Source: Macrostomum lignano
Taxonomy: Eukaryota
Assembly (NCBI GenBank): GCA_002269645.1
Contig: NIVC01000897.1
Span: forward strand, 124,001-188,000
Length of the DNA: 64,000 nt
Reading direction: 5' to 3'
Shown here: piece after piece, positions 12,140-24,848 of the stretch
Position numbering within the stretch: position 1 is the stretch's first letter
Layout: every line of letters starts with the position of its first letter
Program-made: the position numbers and the translations under genes
Notes under the pieces: generated by a model
The model's database searches: none
The model's input: only the letters and a program-made list of their open reading frames with translations
Told to the model about the DNA's origin: nothing

Positions 12140-12586
12140 CATCACAATTCAACCCTCAAGTTACGCAACCATAAGCAGCCGCGAGGAAAGGAAAGTTGAT
12201 CGAATCTAACGTCAGTCGCACAAAATCATAAGTTTAATTTTTTATGCAATATAAGCAGTTAGAATTGCGATGCTTAATAACGCGTGTGGGATCCCCTCGC
12301 ACGCAGAAGTGCGGCGACTCTGCCGGGCATCCTCAGGATGAGGCGGCGCAGAAAGTCCTGGAGAAGCTGCTGCCAAGCGTTTTCAATGGCATGACGCAGC
12401 TCCGCAACATTCTGTGGTGGATTCTCTTTTCGAATGCTGCGTTTTAGAAAGTCCCACGAGACATGCTCGATGGGATTCATGTCTGGGGACCGGGAAGGCC
12501 AGCGCAGAGTGCTCAGCTGTAGCTGGTCTTTTAGTTGGCTAACAGCATCGGCTCGGTGTGGTGGCGCGTTATTGTTATCCTGGTCA
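12140..12586 (-). mobile_element. Tc1/mariner transposase 3' remnant
   Basis: QDN..APPH...WPSRSPDMNPIEHVSWDFLKR...RMPGRVAALLRARGSHTRY* (ORF 12274-12594) is the typical Tc1 DD34E C-terminus. The N-terminus is missing. Confidence 0.85.
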
Positions 12587-12916
12587 ATATACACTCATCA
12601 ACATTGAAAACCGCCACTTTAGAGCATTGGCGGCAGAGCAATTGACTTCAACTCACACTGCAATGACGCAAGATTTTACAACCTCTCGCTCAGGCGCACT
12701 AGATCTAGGGTGGCGAAGCGACCATATACAATTCCTTGACTGGATACTGTCGGGCTAAGCGCATCACGACTGTACAATCGTAGTGTCTATGGTCAAAGTG
12801 GTCTGATCGCTGGGAACTCCTACATTCTGGTCAACGCCATATATATTCCATAGATGTGCTATAGTTGCTATAATGAATCTCATAAACAATCCCATGCTCA
12901 GGTAAGCACTGCTCAC

Positions 12917-13112
12917 ACGCGCAGCCAGAGTCGCAGGGATCGCAGGCGCTGCTGCTGGCGGTTGCCTCCGGTGAGCTGCTGGCTGGCGGACCGTCGTCGA
13001 TCCAGCAGCCGTCATCGGTGCGGCGCACGATGGCGTACAGGCTGCCGTCGACTGGACCGATGCAGTGTTGCGTGCGGACCGCCTCTGCCGCTGTTTTAGT
13101 CATTGTTTCCAT
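12917..13112 (-). CDS. TNS: Tensin probable first coding exon (GPVDGSLYAIVRR motif)
   Basis: METMTKTAAEAVRTQHCIGPVDGSLYAIVRR matches the tensin motif GPLDGSLYAKV. Donor T|gtgagc is phase 1 and fits exon 2. ATG at 13112; an upstream acceptor (cctcag|) is also possible. Confidence 0.75.
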
Positions 13113-15887
13113 ATGCAATCTCAGCGCCTGAGGCTGGCACTCCTTCTAGGACGGTTTTTCGTTTCTTATGTTCTAAACGTTCTTAATTCCCTCAGGCCGA
13201 AAGATTGGGTTTGAGTCGGATTTGCCTTTGTAAATTTGAATAACGAAAGCCGCGTTTATAGTCAACCGGGTCCGCGCGGTTTCACACATGTCAGCTAAGG
13301 CGCTCATGAACTGTTGTTGGGTTTCCCCGCCCTCTCCCTGCAGCCTGCTAGGGCCTCCGCTACTCCAGCCAACCAGCCCGGGGGTTCCCGAGATTCCCAC
13401 GCCTGCGGGCGGGGTGGGTGGCTGCGTTGAGAACAGGCAAAGAGGGGGCGGCGGCCTTGGTAGTTGACGGCGCTCATGGCCCCGACGCTGTCTCTCTGGG
13501 CAATGCCTAACCATGGTTCTGCTTCCCCCTCTCTCGCCCATTCTCTCTCTCTCTCTATCCCGTTTTGCATCGGCTGTTGTGTTGAAGAGAGAACAAGGCA
13601 GAAGGCCAGCTAACAAGCAGCTCAATATGGAAAGGCATTGGGTGAAGCTTCCACAGACACACGCAGGCGCACACACAAATTAGACTAATGCGGAGTTTGC
13701 TGTTGTTTGCGTACTTAGTGCCCAACAGGGCGCGATACGCGCGGGGAGGGGAGAGAGAGAAAAAAAAATGAGAGGAAGGAGAAGACCGAAGTTGGTGCTG
13801 GGCAAATGCGATGAGCGGCGCGATTTCCGAGCGAATTCATGCTGAGAGCGCGCAACGAGTGGTGAGAACTATAGTTGCCGGTTGCCATAGCCCCTTGTCA
13901 ACCGCGTCAACCGCTGCGCAGCAGGCTGCGAGCTATTAATTTGATTGCGCGATGGCAGCGCAGGGAATTATATAATACGCCCAGAGTACGCGGGCTAGTT
14001 GCAATTACGACGGCTTCGGGTTACAGCGGCTCATTTGTGCTCATTTTTTGCCTTTCTAATTGCTGGTGTTGCACGACACAGCTCTGCCAGAGAAAGTTAT
14101 TGCCGCGCTCATTCGACCCTTTTGGAAATGAATTAATAAATAGAATGTTGGAGTCTAGTTCTCTTCTCTTCGAGTACCCGTATGGAGCTCCATTTTAATT
14201 TAATAGAAGCTAGGAGTGCTGTGCCCCCAGCAAAATGCTTTCTAAAAATACTCATACGGGTAAAGAAAACTTGGATAGGAAGCTGCTACACCTGCTTCAG
14301 CTAATACGAGTGACAATTGAGAGTGAACAACATTGGCTAGACACAAATCCAAAGTGCACTTGTGTGCAAAAATGCAATTCAACATAATTGATGCCTTCGC
14401 CCCCTGCACACTGCATTGTGAGCTGGGTGATTCTAGGGGCAGAGTGAGCTTGAGAGATTGTCGGAGTCAGCGGAATGGACAAGAACTTAGCCTTCCTGCC
14501 ATTATTATTACTATTATTATTACTATTATGGGTGGTTCCATTCAAGGGCTGTCCTGCTTTTGAAGATACTTAGATTCAATAGCCGCACATGTTATGAAGT
14601 GACATTTGGACTGTAAATCAAAATTCTATAGCATTAATTTGGTGTCAAACACAAGACGCCTTCGTAGATAAACGTGATTACATTTGCATACACACGAATA
14701 CACATGAAACTCAAAATTGAATTGTTTGCCTTTTTGCGTGGGGAATTCGCACATGTATAGTAAGAGCATTTGCACGCGCAAGATTACAAGATTAGCTTTG
14801 GCGTGGACCTTGGACCTTAGTCAGAAAGCACACAAAGATCTGTTAATGGTACTGTTATTTAATTAAACTTGACAATAGTTAATGTGAGTAGTAATCATAC
14901 TGATATTTCACTTAATATTATCGAGTGTATCATATTTTGCTTGTTTACCTTCTCTGTTTGTATTTTTCCGACCAATGACCAAACGTATGCCAGTTTCAAA
15001 TGATTTACTGGAAAAAAGGAAAAAACCATATATTCTAATGAATGTTAACGAGAATTTGGCCCTCCCAGTGTAATACCCAAACCTCAAAACCGTGGACAAC
15101 TTAAGTAAGAGCACGCTGCACTCGATTTTCTTAGAAATGAGATGGTAAGGAACGTTAGAGAACACATACAGCGCTGAATGGGGTCCTGCCATAGACTATT
15201 TATCGTTGTCCAGAGCTGGCAGTCCTGTGACGACACTTCGATGATTTAATGTAACTCAACTTTTCTCCGATTTCACAGCTTAATCCAACTCTAGCCATAA
15301 GTCTCCACTCTCTCCTTAACAGCATTAGCCAGGGCCTTGTGACGAAAATTACATCGCCTTGCATTGCATTGAGAAGAGGACAGAGGTCAAAGCAGCAAAG
15401 CATGGTACAAAACAGCTCAGTAATCTATGGCACAATACACAGGTGTGAATGAGGTGTCTGATAGTAGACTAGAGTTATGGTTTAGGATATAGGATTAATT
15501 TAGTTTTGGAATATGGAAGGAATCCTAGGATACGTAAGTCGGTCGTCGTAGGCCCTCTTGATAATACAACAGACCAAGCCGCACAGCCACAATGGTCATA
15601 ACACCAGCATTTACTGGGCGAGCGCGGTACTATAACTGTATTAGTGCATTGACTAAACGGCTGCAATAGAAGTTGAGAATTTAATGATGTAGCAGAGAAT
15701 TGCAGCTGCAAAGTGGCCCAGAGGGATGCATTTAATGTAGAGACTGTCTGGGAGACCGGCAATTTCACAATTTTTATTCAACCCGTTTAGGCTGTAGAGG
15801 TTGGTAGAGTTAGCACACAGAGTCGGCAGCCAAATTTATGGTAATATTGCAAACTACACTCGACACCGTAACATCTATCGAATATAT

Positions 15888-15893
15888 TTTATT
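15888..15893 (-). terminator. Candidate polyadenylation signal (AATAAA) for the Kazal gene
   Basis: TTTATT on the plus strand, ~250 nt past the stop codon. Confidence 0.45.
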
Positions 15894-16141
15894 GTTAGTC
15901 AATTATTTCTGTAAAAGAAATAGAAATGGCTGACCACGAAAAAAGGCTAATGGACAACGGAAATTGCGATTTGTAAAACTAAAAACACAATAGGCAGTAA
16001 GTAGGATCATAGTAGTACGAAAGGCACACAATAAAACGAGAAAGAACTGCCAAATAATAATATTGCGCCTGTAAAAAGGGACTGCCACTACTAATAGCAG
16101 TAAAGAGCGTCAAATGTTCCAATTAAAACAAATTAGCTTTT

Positions 16142-16684
16142 CTAGCAGAAGCCGCGATTAATAACTCTGGCGCCGAGGCAGGAGGCGATGCAAGAGTTCA
16201 GGTAGGTGTTGCGCGCGCTGCTACCGGAAGCGTAGGCGCACACGGGATCGTAGTTGCTGGGGCAGTTGCAGTTGCCGCCGGCATTGCGATTGTTATAGTT
16301 ATTGTAGTTGTACCTGTACTGGTTGTAGTTGCGGTAGTTGCTCCGGTAGTTGCGGTAGTAGTTCCGGTAGTTGCGGTAGTAGTTCCGGTAGTTGTACGGG
16401 TTCCGGTTGTTATAGATATTGTAGTTATAGCGACTGCGGCTCCAATAGTTTGGATAGCTGCCGCTTCTGGTGGCGCCGCTGGTTGTGCCGCAAAATCCGT
16501 AGGTAAAAGAGTTGTAGCCGTTGCACTGGGCGTAACAAGAATTTGCGTAGGTTTGGCCGTTGGCGCACACGGGCTGGTAGCCGGCGCTGGCGCACTGGCT
16601 GCAGGACACCTGGCCATTGGCGAGATGGCTGGCAGCGGCGGCTAGCAGGACCACAGCCAGAGAGAGTGCGGAGCTGGAGCGCAT
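16142..16684 (-). CDS. Secreted 180-aa protein: signal peptide, Kazal-like domain, Tyr/Asn/Arg-rich spacer, Kazal domain
   Basis: Intronless ORF from ATG 16684 to TAG 16142. Hydrophobic N-terminus MRSSSALSLAVVLLAAAASHLANG; two 6-Cys domains with the Y.PVC...TY.NSC motif. Confidence 0.9.
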   Translation of the reverse strand: MRSSSALSLAVVLLAAAASHLANGQVSCSQCASAGYQPVCANGQTYANSCYAQCNGYNSFTYGFCGTTSGATRSGSYPNYWSRSRYNYNIYNNRNPYNYRNYYRNYRNYYRNYRSNYRNYNQYRYNYNNYNNRNAGGNCNCPSNYDPVCAYASGSSARNTYLNSCIASCLGARVINRGFC

Positions 16685-19600
16685 CTTCAAATCAGCAATT
16701 AACTACCGGGCAGACTACCTGCGAAATTACCTGTCCTGTGGCGATAACCTTATGGGCTGATTAACTGAGCTGATTAAATACCTCTGCATGGGTGGGGTGG
16801 GTGGCGCCGGTTCTGCCTGCGCGCAACGTGCCAATAATTGATTGGCTGGCTGATCTTAAAGTTAGTCGGTTGGTTTACATCATTGTACAGTGCCATTGTT
16901 ACTCTCACTACCCCCTCACTCTTATCTAATCTCATTCTCTGCCCCCCTTTTCTGACTAAACGAGAGCTTAGCCTGTGTTATGCGTAGCATCAAAGATAAA
17001 CGTTAATTGCCACTTTGCAATCGATGAAAACTTGTTTAAATCGGTTTTTACCAAATAGATAACAATATAGGACAGCGTGCACAAACAGCCTGACTGGATG
17101 ATTAATTATTGCTTGCTTAACTTTAAAAGTACACCAGGTAAGATTGAGCTACTCTCTAGCCAAACTAGTTAATGAAGACAAAGTCTTTTCGCCCCAGTGA
17201 GCTTTGGGGTTGGAATTTTATAATACCTAGTGTTGTATCGATTATTTAAAGACTTTCAAGGCATTATTAACGCTGATGCTCCTAATATTTTGCGTCGTGT
17301 CATACATAAAGTTAGCCTAATAGATAAAGTAGGGCGAGAGTTGTAAAATGTCTCTAACGTCAAATGATTTATAGGAAGGGAATTAGGGATGTCGATTCCC
17401 CAGGGAATTATCTTATCGGGGACCCCGGTGAAAAGAAAAAATAAGTTAAAACGGCGGATCACTTAGATTGTAAGTGGAATTTTTTAAACTTTGATTTAAG
17501 CTTTGTACTACATGTTCAAGGCGCAGGGGTAAAAATTTTAAACAATGTTTTTTTAAACTGTATTTGACAATGTGGCATCACGAAATCGTGCGCGCACCTT
17601 TATCGGAAAAGTGCATTTGTTGGAATGCATGCTAAACAGCTACGCTCGTGAGAGGATAATTAATGAATGAGACTGTTTTTATAATCGGAATTTTATTTCT
17701 TGCATATATATGTAAATCACCATTTTTTCCTTGTCTAATAGGGAGTATATGTATGACACCCCCCTATGCGTCAGTGCCTGACGCATGACGCAGCGCTGCG
17801 CCTGCGTCAAGCCGTCAACGCAGACCAACACAGCAGTCACTAGTCAGTAAGGCTTCTTTTTCCTGACGGGTTTCTTTTCTACGTGCAATTTGCTTGATTG
17901 AATGACTTATTAGTGAAAAAACAATCAAACGTGTGTTGTGTTTCAAATACATGTAATGCATTGAAATAAGCAATTATGCGGTAAAAGAGCATAGACAGAG
18001 TTTCAATCAGCTTTCTGTGAATCAGTTTCTTATTTTAATGGCAAAAATTAAGTTACAAATGCATTTTTTCATATTTTTTCTCCCCAGGGTCCCCGGTTAA
18101 ATTCCCCGGAGAGTATTCCCCGACAAGCTCCCCGGGGAGCACTCCCGGGGTCAACATCCCTAGAAGGGAAACTACGAGCATAAGTTCTGCAACACATATA
18201 CAAGTAGCTAAGCATTAATAGACGCACTGCACCGATAAAATGTAATGGAATTGCTCGAATCACCGACACCAAGACCCATAAAACTGGAGAAACTGGCAGG
18301 ATATAGTAGATACATGTAGGTCAGAATCAGAAGTGATCATGGGTGGGTGGGTCAAGTGATCATGGGTTCGACCTCGATTGTATTATTCCTTCTTAATCTT
18401 ATGCAATTAATTGTAAATTAGGTATGAAGTAACAGTAATTATCCTTGACCATGCTAGAGTAAAGACAAGTCAAAGTCAAGTTAATAAAAATAGACACACA
18501 GTGTAACAATAACAATGGTTTTTAGAGCCATTTTTCTTGTCTGTGTTTGTCTTTGTACATACATGTACATTTGGGAAGACTTATCTGGACCCAATCCCTT
18601 CTTATTCTACATGTACGCTGTTTTGGGTATGGGGGTTAGAGTTGGGCCGTCTGACACCCCCTCCCCCCCCCCTACCATAGTGGACTGGAGAGAAAGAAGC
18701 ACATGCTATCGCTATTGGCTAGCCTGTCGTTCTCTTTCTCTTTACCTTCTGTCTTGTGTAGCGTACACTATCCAATGCACAAGGCCCAACTTTCCACTAA
18801 AGGAAGGTTCATATAGTCCGCCCATGGGCTTCCTCTTGCTTTCGCGTACACTCAAGGCCACTCACTCTCAACACCAGCCACTAGAGGCTTGTTTTAAATA
18901 ATCGATCGATAATATTAAATGTACACTTGAAAGCTTGCTTTGGATCCTAGCAGAAGGGGGAGAAAGTGGCCAAGGCCACCACACCCCACAAGGCAGGCAG
19001 GCCGGCCCGAGTGCGATAACGAATGACAAAAAAATAGAAAAGTACAATTTACACATCAACTTTCAATACAATAAATACAATAATAGGTACGGTATTAATG
19101 ACAGTGTATTTTCGCACAAAGTAGCTACGTTCAAACCACCAGCACGTAAACAGCTAAAATTTCACTGTTTATGAAATTTTATAAAATTTAACACATCATT
19201 TTAGATATTGAAAACTTTTAAAGGAGGGTATTACTGTTGCATGTGATTATAAAATCGTGGTAGGTATAGCTGATGATGAAACTGGTGATTGGTATCTAGC
19301 TTTTTTGATAACTTAGCCGGTTAGACCCCGAAATAGCTATTGTAATTTGTAACGCTGGAGCCAAATACAAATACAATGGAGCAATTAGTTTCTCTCAAAT
19401 CTGTCTCTGCCAGTGCCAGTTTAGTCCATAGTAAGTAACCAAAGTAAAATACCCATTAGTGGTCCCGTTTCTAATGTTTATAAATATTAAGCTTCAGTTT
19501 ACTTTTGGCACAGTATGCAATTTTGAAAATTCACCCTAATAACGGTTTGCACCAGCAGGAAAGCAACTATTTTGTTGTTGGAAATCGGATTAAGCAGTCA

Positions 19601-20984
19601 AAAGAGTGTATTTCTATGAAAAAAGGTACTTTTTTTCCATTTTTTCAAATATTTAAACAGGTTTCGCTCTTTCAATAAAAAAATCATCGCAGTACCTTAA
19701 AGTACAGTTAGTTTGGAATTAGATGACGGCGTTGAATTGTTTCTTCCATATTCCAAAAATTATAATGAGCACTTTTCCTCAAATCAGTTTGAGATCATGA
19801 TTTTTAGTCTTTCGTCGATAACTTTCTGATTTCAAATGTTTAAGAATTGAAAACTTCCACACTTGTGTATCTTTGAATTGCGCATCAATTGGTGCATAGT
19901 ATGTATGCTTAACTATTAGCAGTATAGAAAAAAATGCAAAAAACTGTAAAAGTACATTTTCAATTTTTGCATTTTTTGCAACCAAAGTGCCAACTTTTTG
20001 ATACAATTGAAAAAAACAACCCAATAATGTTATGCATCTTAGTAAGGCGCACCTATAACCCTCGAACATTTTTAGCTCGAGTTTTAATGTGCATGAGGAA
20101 ATGCACTTTTGTAAAGACATAATCTTAAGACAAACATTTCAACTGAAGCCTGTTCCTTTTCTCCGCAGTGAATCCATACAAAACTATACTCGTTAAATAG
20201 ATCAGATTCTTCTCTTTAAAATGACACCTCACTTGTGAAATTCGCACTTGTAGTTTTGAAGTTACAGCAGTTTTTGTGAGATTTTTCTTGTCATTTTTTC
20301 GATGCACACGTCTCATATTATTATATTCGTCACAAGCCAGACCACCCAATGCGCTTCGCGCATTGGCTGGCTGTTTGTTCCTCATGCTCGGCACTTTGTG
20401 CCTCGCGCGTTCGCTCCGCTCACCCCACAAACCCAAGGACACGCGCTTCGCGCGTGTCCTTGGGTTTGTGGGTTTCGCGGAGCTCACTGGGAACTAGCTC
20501 ATTCTCCAGTGTAGCACACCTTCTCAGATTGGCTTTTTTAAATAGGTAATAAAGTTAGAAGTTATTATTGAATTGAAAATAGGCTTTATTAGGCATAATA
20601 TTTGCGGCAAGTTGTTTATGCCCAAAGCGTTTAATTATAATCAAGAGATAATGAAGAATTTTGTCCTACAGGTCTGCGATGACAAGTGAATGTCGAATAC
20701 TCCATGGCAGTTAACTATAATATTATTGATTTAATTTAAAGCTCCTTGTGCAATCAAATACATGTCAGAAATTGCCGGTTAGAGCTCTGATGCATGTACA
20801 CTGGCACTGAGTAGGATCATTTGTAATTTCCGGTTATGAGTCATTGTCTGGAAAATTGGTTATTATTTTGACAACTATTCATTACCTGTATAATTAATTG
20901 GTAAATATTCAGACAATGGGTTATTGTTAGGACAGCTATTGTCAGGATAAAATTGGTCAGCAGAATTAAGGGCGGCATATTGGT

Positions 20985-21690
20985 CATCTATAGTCAGGGG
21001 TTTCATTGGTCATCTATGTCAGGGGTGTCATTGGTCATCTATGTCAGGGGTGTCATTGGTCATCTATAGTCAGGGGTTTCATTGGTCAGCTATAGTCAGG
21101 GGTGTCATTGGTCATCTATAGTCAGGGGTGTCATTGGTTATCTATAGTCAGTGTTGGCATTGGTCAGCTATAGTCAGGAGTGTCATTGGTCATTTATAGT
21201 CAGGGGTGTCATTGTTCATCTATGTCAGGGGTGTCATTGGTCATCTATGTCAGGGGTGTCATTGGTCATCTATGTCAGGGGTGTCATTGGTCATCTATAG
21301 TCAGGGGTTTCATTGGTCAGCTATAGTCAGGGGTGTCATTGGTCATCTATAGTCAGGGGTGTCATTGGTTATCTATAGTCAGTGTTGGCATTGGTCAGCT
21401 ATAGTCAGGAGTGTCATTGGTCATTTATAGTCAGGGGTGTCATTGTTCATCTATAGTCAGTGTTGGCATTGGTCATCTATAGTCAGGGGTGTCATTGGTC
21501 ATCTATAGTCAAGGGTTTCATTGGTCATTTATAGTCAGGGGTGTCATTAGTCATCTATGTCAGGGGTGTCATTGGTCATCTATATCAGGGGTGTCATTGG
21601 CCATCTATAGTCAGGGGTGTCATTGGTCATCTATGTCAGGGGTTTCATTGGTCGGTCATTTATAGTCAGGGGTGTCATTGGTCAGCTATA
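20985..21690. repeat. 25-26-bp minisatellite (TCATTGGTCATCTATAGTCAGGGGTG), ~27 copies
   Basis: Tandem units directly visible; intergenic. Confidence 0.95.
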
Positions 21691-22274
21691 GTCAGCTTTC
21701 CGATACAACACGATCCTATTTCAGATCAGACCGATTGCATGCAAGTATCGCATCATTTCAAAGGATCTGATATTCTATTGTTATTTAATAATTCAAAAGT
21801 AAAAAAAAGGTTTTGCATCTTGAAGTTAGAATGACAAATTCAATGAGTTTCAAATAAATTTTCGACAAAATTACGTAATATTTCGTATGGCACTTAAGCC
21901 TCAAATTACAGCTCACACCTGTCTGGAAAAGAGTAATTTGTTGTGCGTTTCATATGCCTATAATTACTGCTTGAGCAATAAGCTGCTTCTCGCAACAGTT
22001 CTCAGCCAGATCAATCCAGTGCTCCCTTGGCGCACACAGTCCACAGTGCACTGTATTGTTTGCAGTAGCATGCTATAGCGGCTCCGATTCAAAGTGGAAC
22101 GTACCGCTAAAAACCTATTCTTTAGGGCTGCTTAGTGCAGACTTTACAGAATATAAATAATATTAATTGTTTTGAAGATATTGGCTATGTAGAATGTTTT
22201 TCTTATTCTCGTGTATTACTATGAAATTTGCATGTAACAAGCCATGGATAACTAAAGTACATTTATTTGTAGGA

Positions 22275-22554
22275 GGGGTTGTAGCCTAGTGGTTAGAGCG
22301 TTGGACTCACTATAGAAAGGTCGGGGGTTCGATGCTCGACCCTCCTTGAGCAAGACACTTAACTCTGCATTGCCTCAGTTCACCCAACTGTAAAATGGGG
22401 TGCCAGCATCAGCTGGGGTAATTGAGGGTGTGTGTGGCGACCCCCCAGTCCTTGGACTGAACAGCCGTATGCAGCCTTCAGATGCGCCGCGCAATAGCTG
22501 CGGCTGAGCTGTCGGTTGCACATCTGGCCATTAGGGAAGGTGTAATAAAAAAAA
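22275..22554 (+). mobile_element. tRNA-derived CORE-type SINE family A, near full length
   Basis: GGGGTTGTAGCCTAGTGGTTAGAGCG (A box), GGTTCGATGC (B box), CCTTGAGCAAGACACTTAACTCTGCATTGCCTCAGTTCACCCAACTGTAAAATGGGG (CORE-like), A-rich tail. Confidence 0.9.
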
Positions 22555-24724
22555 CAGGAAGATCGTGATAATTTCCCCGTTGGTAGGTTTCGTTGCAAGC
22601 CTACCAACTGCTCCGCAAGCTTGGATCGGAGCATTTCCAACTCGCCATCTAAAGAACTTTAGATTAGCAATACTTTGCAGCAGATTAGCAATACCATATA
22701 AAAGTCGATAAAAACTAGTCCAAAGGAATTTAACTAATGAGATAAGAAGAAATGAAATTGACCTCAACTAACTTGAGCTTGATTAACACGTGGATCAACT
22801 TAGAGCACAATATACATTACTTTTTTCATTGTCAACTCTGAAGTTCAGAAGGTGGGAAGATGGTCAATTTGCAACAGGATCTAAATGTGTAAAAGCGCGC
22901 ATTAAACGGCTTGTGATCGCGTATTGGCTAGTCATAAAATGCTTATTAAATGGCTATTGTCATATAATTAATGCACCATAAATATATATCGTGATTACAA
23001 TGCTGCTCAATAGTCGTTTTTCTCTGGCCCAAATAAATGTCTATGGCCACCCGTGCACTGCGCACACTCGAGGCATAGACATGTAAGCACTCAAAACCGA
23101 CTATTGAACCCCTCATTTATTTTTAGGATATCAGTAGAAAGCGGTGGAAGTAAAAATAACGGAAAACTGACATGCTGCTAGCTTGAAAAAACTACTTATC
23201 AGACTTGTTCAGTAGTGCCTGATGGATCTTACGAAGTCAGACTTTCTGAAACCATATTTTCTTGTCCTGTGCTAGTCCGCTTAGCGAATTCAGAGGACAC
23301 AGCGCGGGAAAAAATTCCTGTCATGCCATGTTCCGATCGAATGAACTGCACAATGAATCCCAGCTTGCGAGGGCATGATAAATACCATTGGGAATCGTCT
23401 AAACATGCACATGGAAGAGACACTCGCACAAATCCATATGGAACTTTCCGGACATTTCTGCACATGACGGACAAAAAGTGTTCAGCCACGTCCCTCTCTA
23501 TTGGTTTCTGTCGACGCAGCTTCGGAGATGAAGCATACAGCCTGAAGCAGGCAGAGCTGCGCAAATATTTCCCGGCAGCCGGGGCTTTAGAGGCTTTGAT
23601 CTGCTTCAGACGGCAGACAGCAGTCACTCTGGTGTGCGCAACATGCGGCCGTGCCCGCCTCCCGAGTGCAACACATCGCTGGGGGGGGGGGGCGCACTTT
23701 GCTATCTCCTCCCGCTTTTTCTATCTTCGAGATTCAAGCGTACACGATGAACTTCATAGCATCCCGCCTGCTGCCCTATCCCGCTCTGTCGCTTTGAACG
23801 CGTTGGTTACGAAAGACTGCGCTGCTCTGGGATCTGCTGCTGCTTGCATGGCTTAGGCCGGGATGGAGGGAGGCTGCAGGAGGGGGGGAAAGATGATGAA
23901 GCAGCTGGCTTGGCCAAGATAGGAGCCTGGATTTCACTTAGATAATACTACTGCAAGTTTTTGAACGCGCGGAACTGAAAGTAGCGGAGCTTTGTGGCAA
24001 CCGAGAAAGCGAGAAGTTTTTATCGCACGATTCTGGTAAGCCTGACTGAATCTGGTTGACACAATCCCAGTCCTAATTCTCACAGAAGAGGCAAGCAGGC
24101 AGGCCCGTTTCCACTGACCACTGACCACTGACTTAGGCCCGCACTCACACGGGGTGTACAGCGGCTCTGACCTTGTCAGTGTCTCTTTATTAAAGACATG
24201 CTTGCCAAGCATTTATGCACAGTTAAAATGAGCGTGACGATTGTGTAGAATATGAGTTTGATTGGCAACAGCCATTAATTATCATAGTTTCTACCTACAC
24301 TTGTGTGTCTATTTTTACTCTTTAGTTTTGCTTTCATTCTTCCCCTTCCCCGCGCTACTCAAATTTGACTTCAGCGGGGCGCACAAGTGCTCACGGGCAT
24401 GTTGCCAGTGGCAACAGCTGTGCTGCGGAAAGACAATCAAAATTGCGGGAAGGGGGGAGGAAAAAAACTGCTCAAGAGCAAACCCTCCTAGAGGTGATCT
24501 ATAAGCAGACTGGGTCTCATGGCAGCTTGTGTTGGTTTCAATGGCCAGAACGATCAATATTAATACAACCTCTGAGCAGTCTGAAAATCCCGATTCGCCA
24601 TCCACCACTTTACTGAGTCCTATTTGGACTACGAAGTAGAAACAGCGTAGACTGTCTGATTTGCTAAAACAGGCTCGTATGATATAATTCCAGGGGCAAA
24701 CAGTCAATATCCTGGGCGGAAACC

Positions 24725-24782
24725 ATGAAGATCAACCAGAATCTGATGGACGCGCTCAAAATTAGCGACGAGGAGCTGGAAG
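24725..24782 (+). CDS. Calmodulin-like EF-hand protein, exon 1
   Basis: ATG 24725, MKINQNLMDALKISDEELE, donor G|gtgaga. Confidence 0.85.
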
Positions 24783-24848
24783 GTGAGAGTTTTGGCTGAT
24801 TTATTCAAGGTGCTCGTAATGTTTTGAGAAATGAAACTCGAATTTCAG

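Noticed and set aside
22275-22345. tRNA-like A/B-box sequences (also at 5230-5302, 38939-39010, 45100-45172)
   Set aside because: They lack a complete cloverleaf and continue into shared repeat bodies, so they are SINE heads rather than tRNA genes.
23215-23856. 213-aa plus-strand ORF (and 132-aa antisense ORF) upstream of the calmodulin-like gene
   Set aside because: Starts at GTG, has no recognisable motif, and shows no splice link to neighbouring genes. A BLASTX or RNA-seq check would be needed to revive it.
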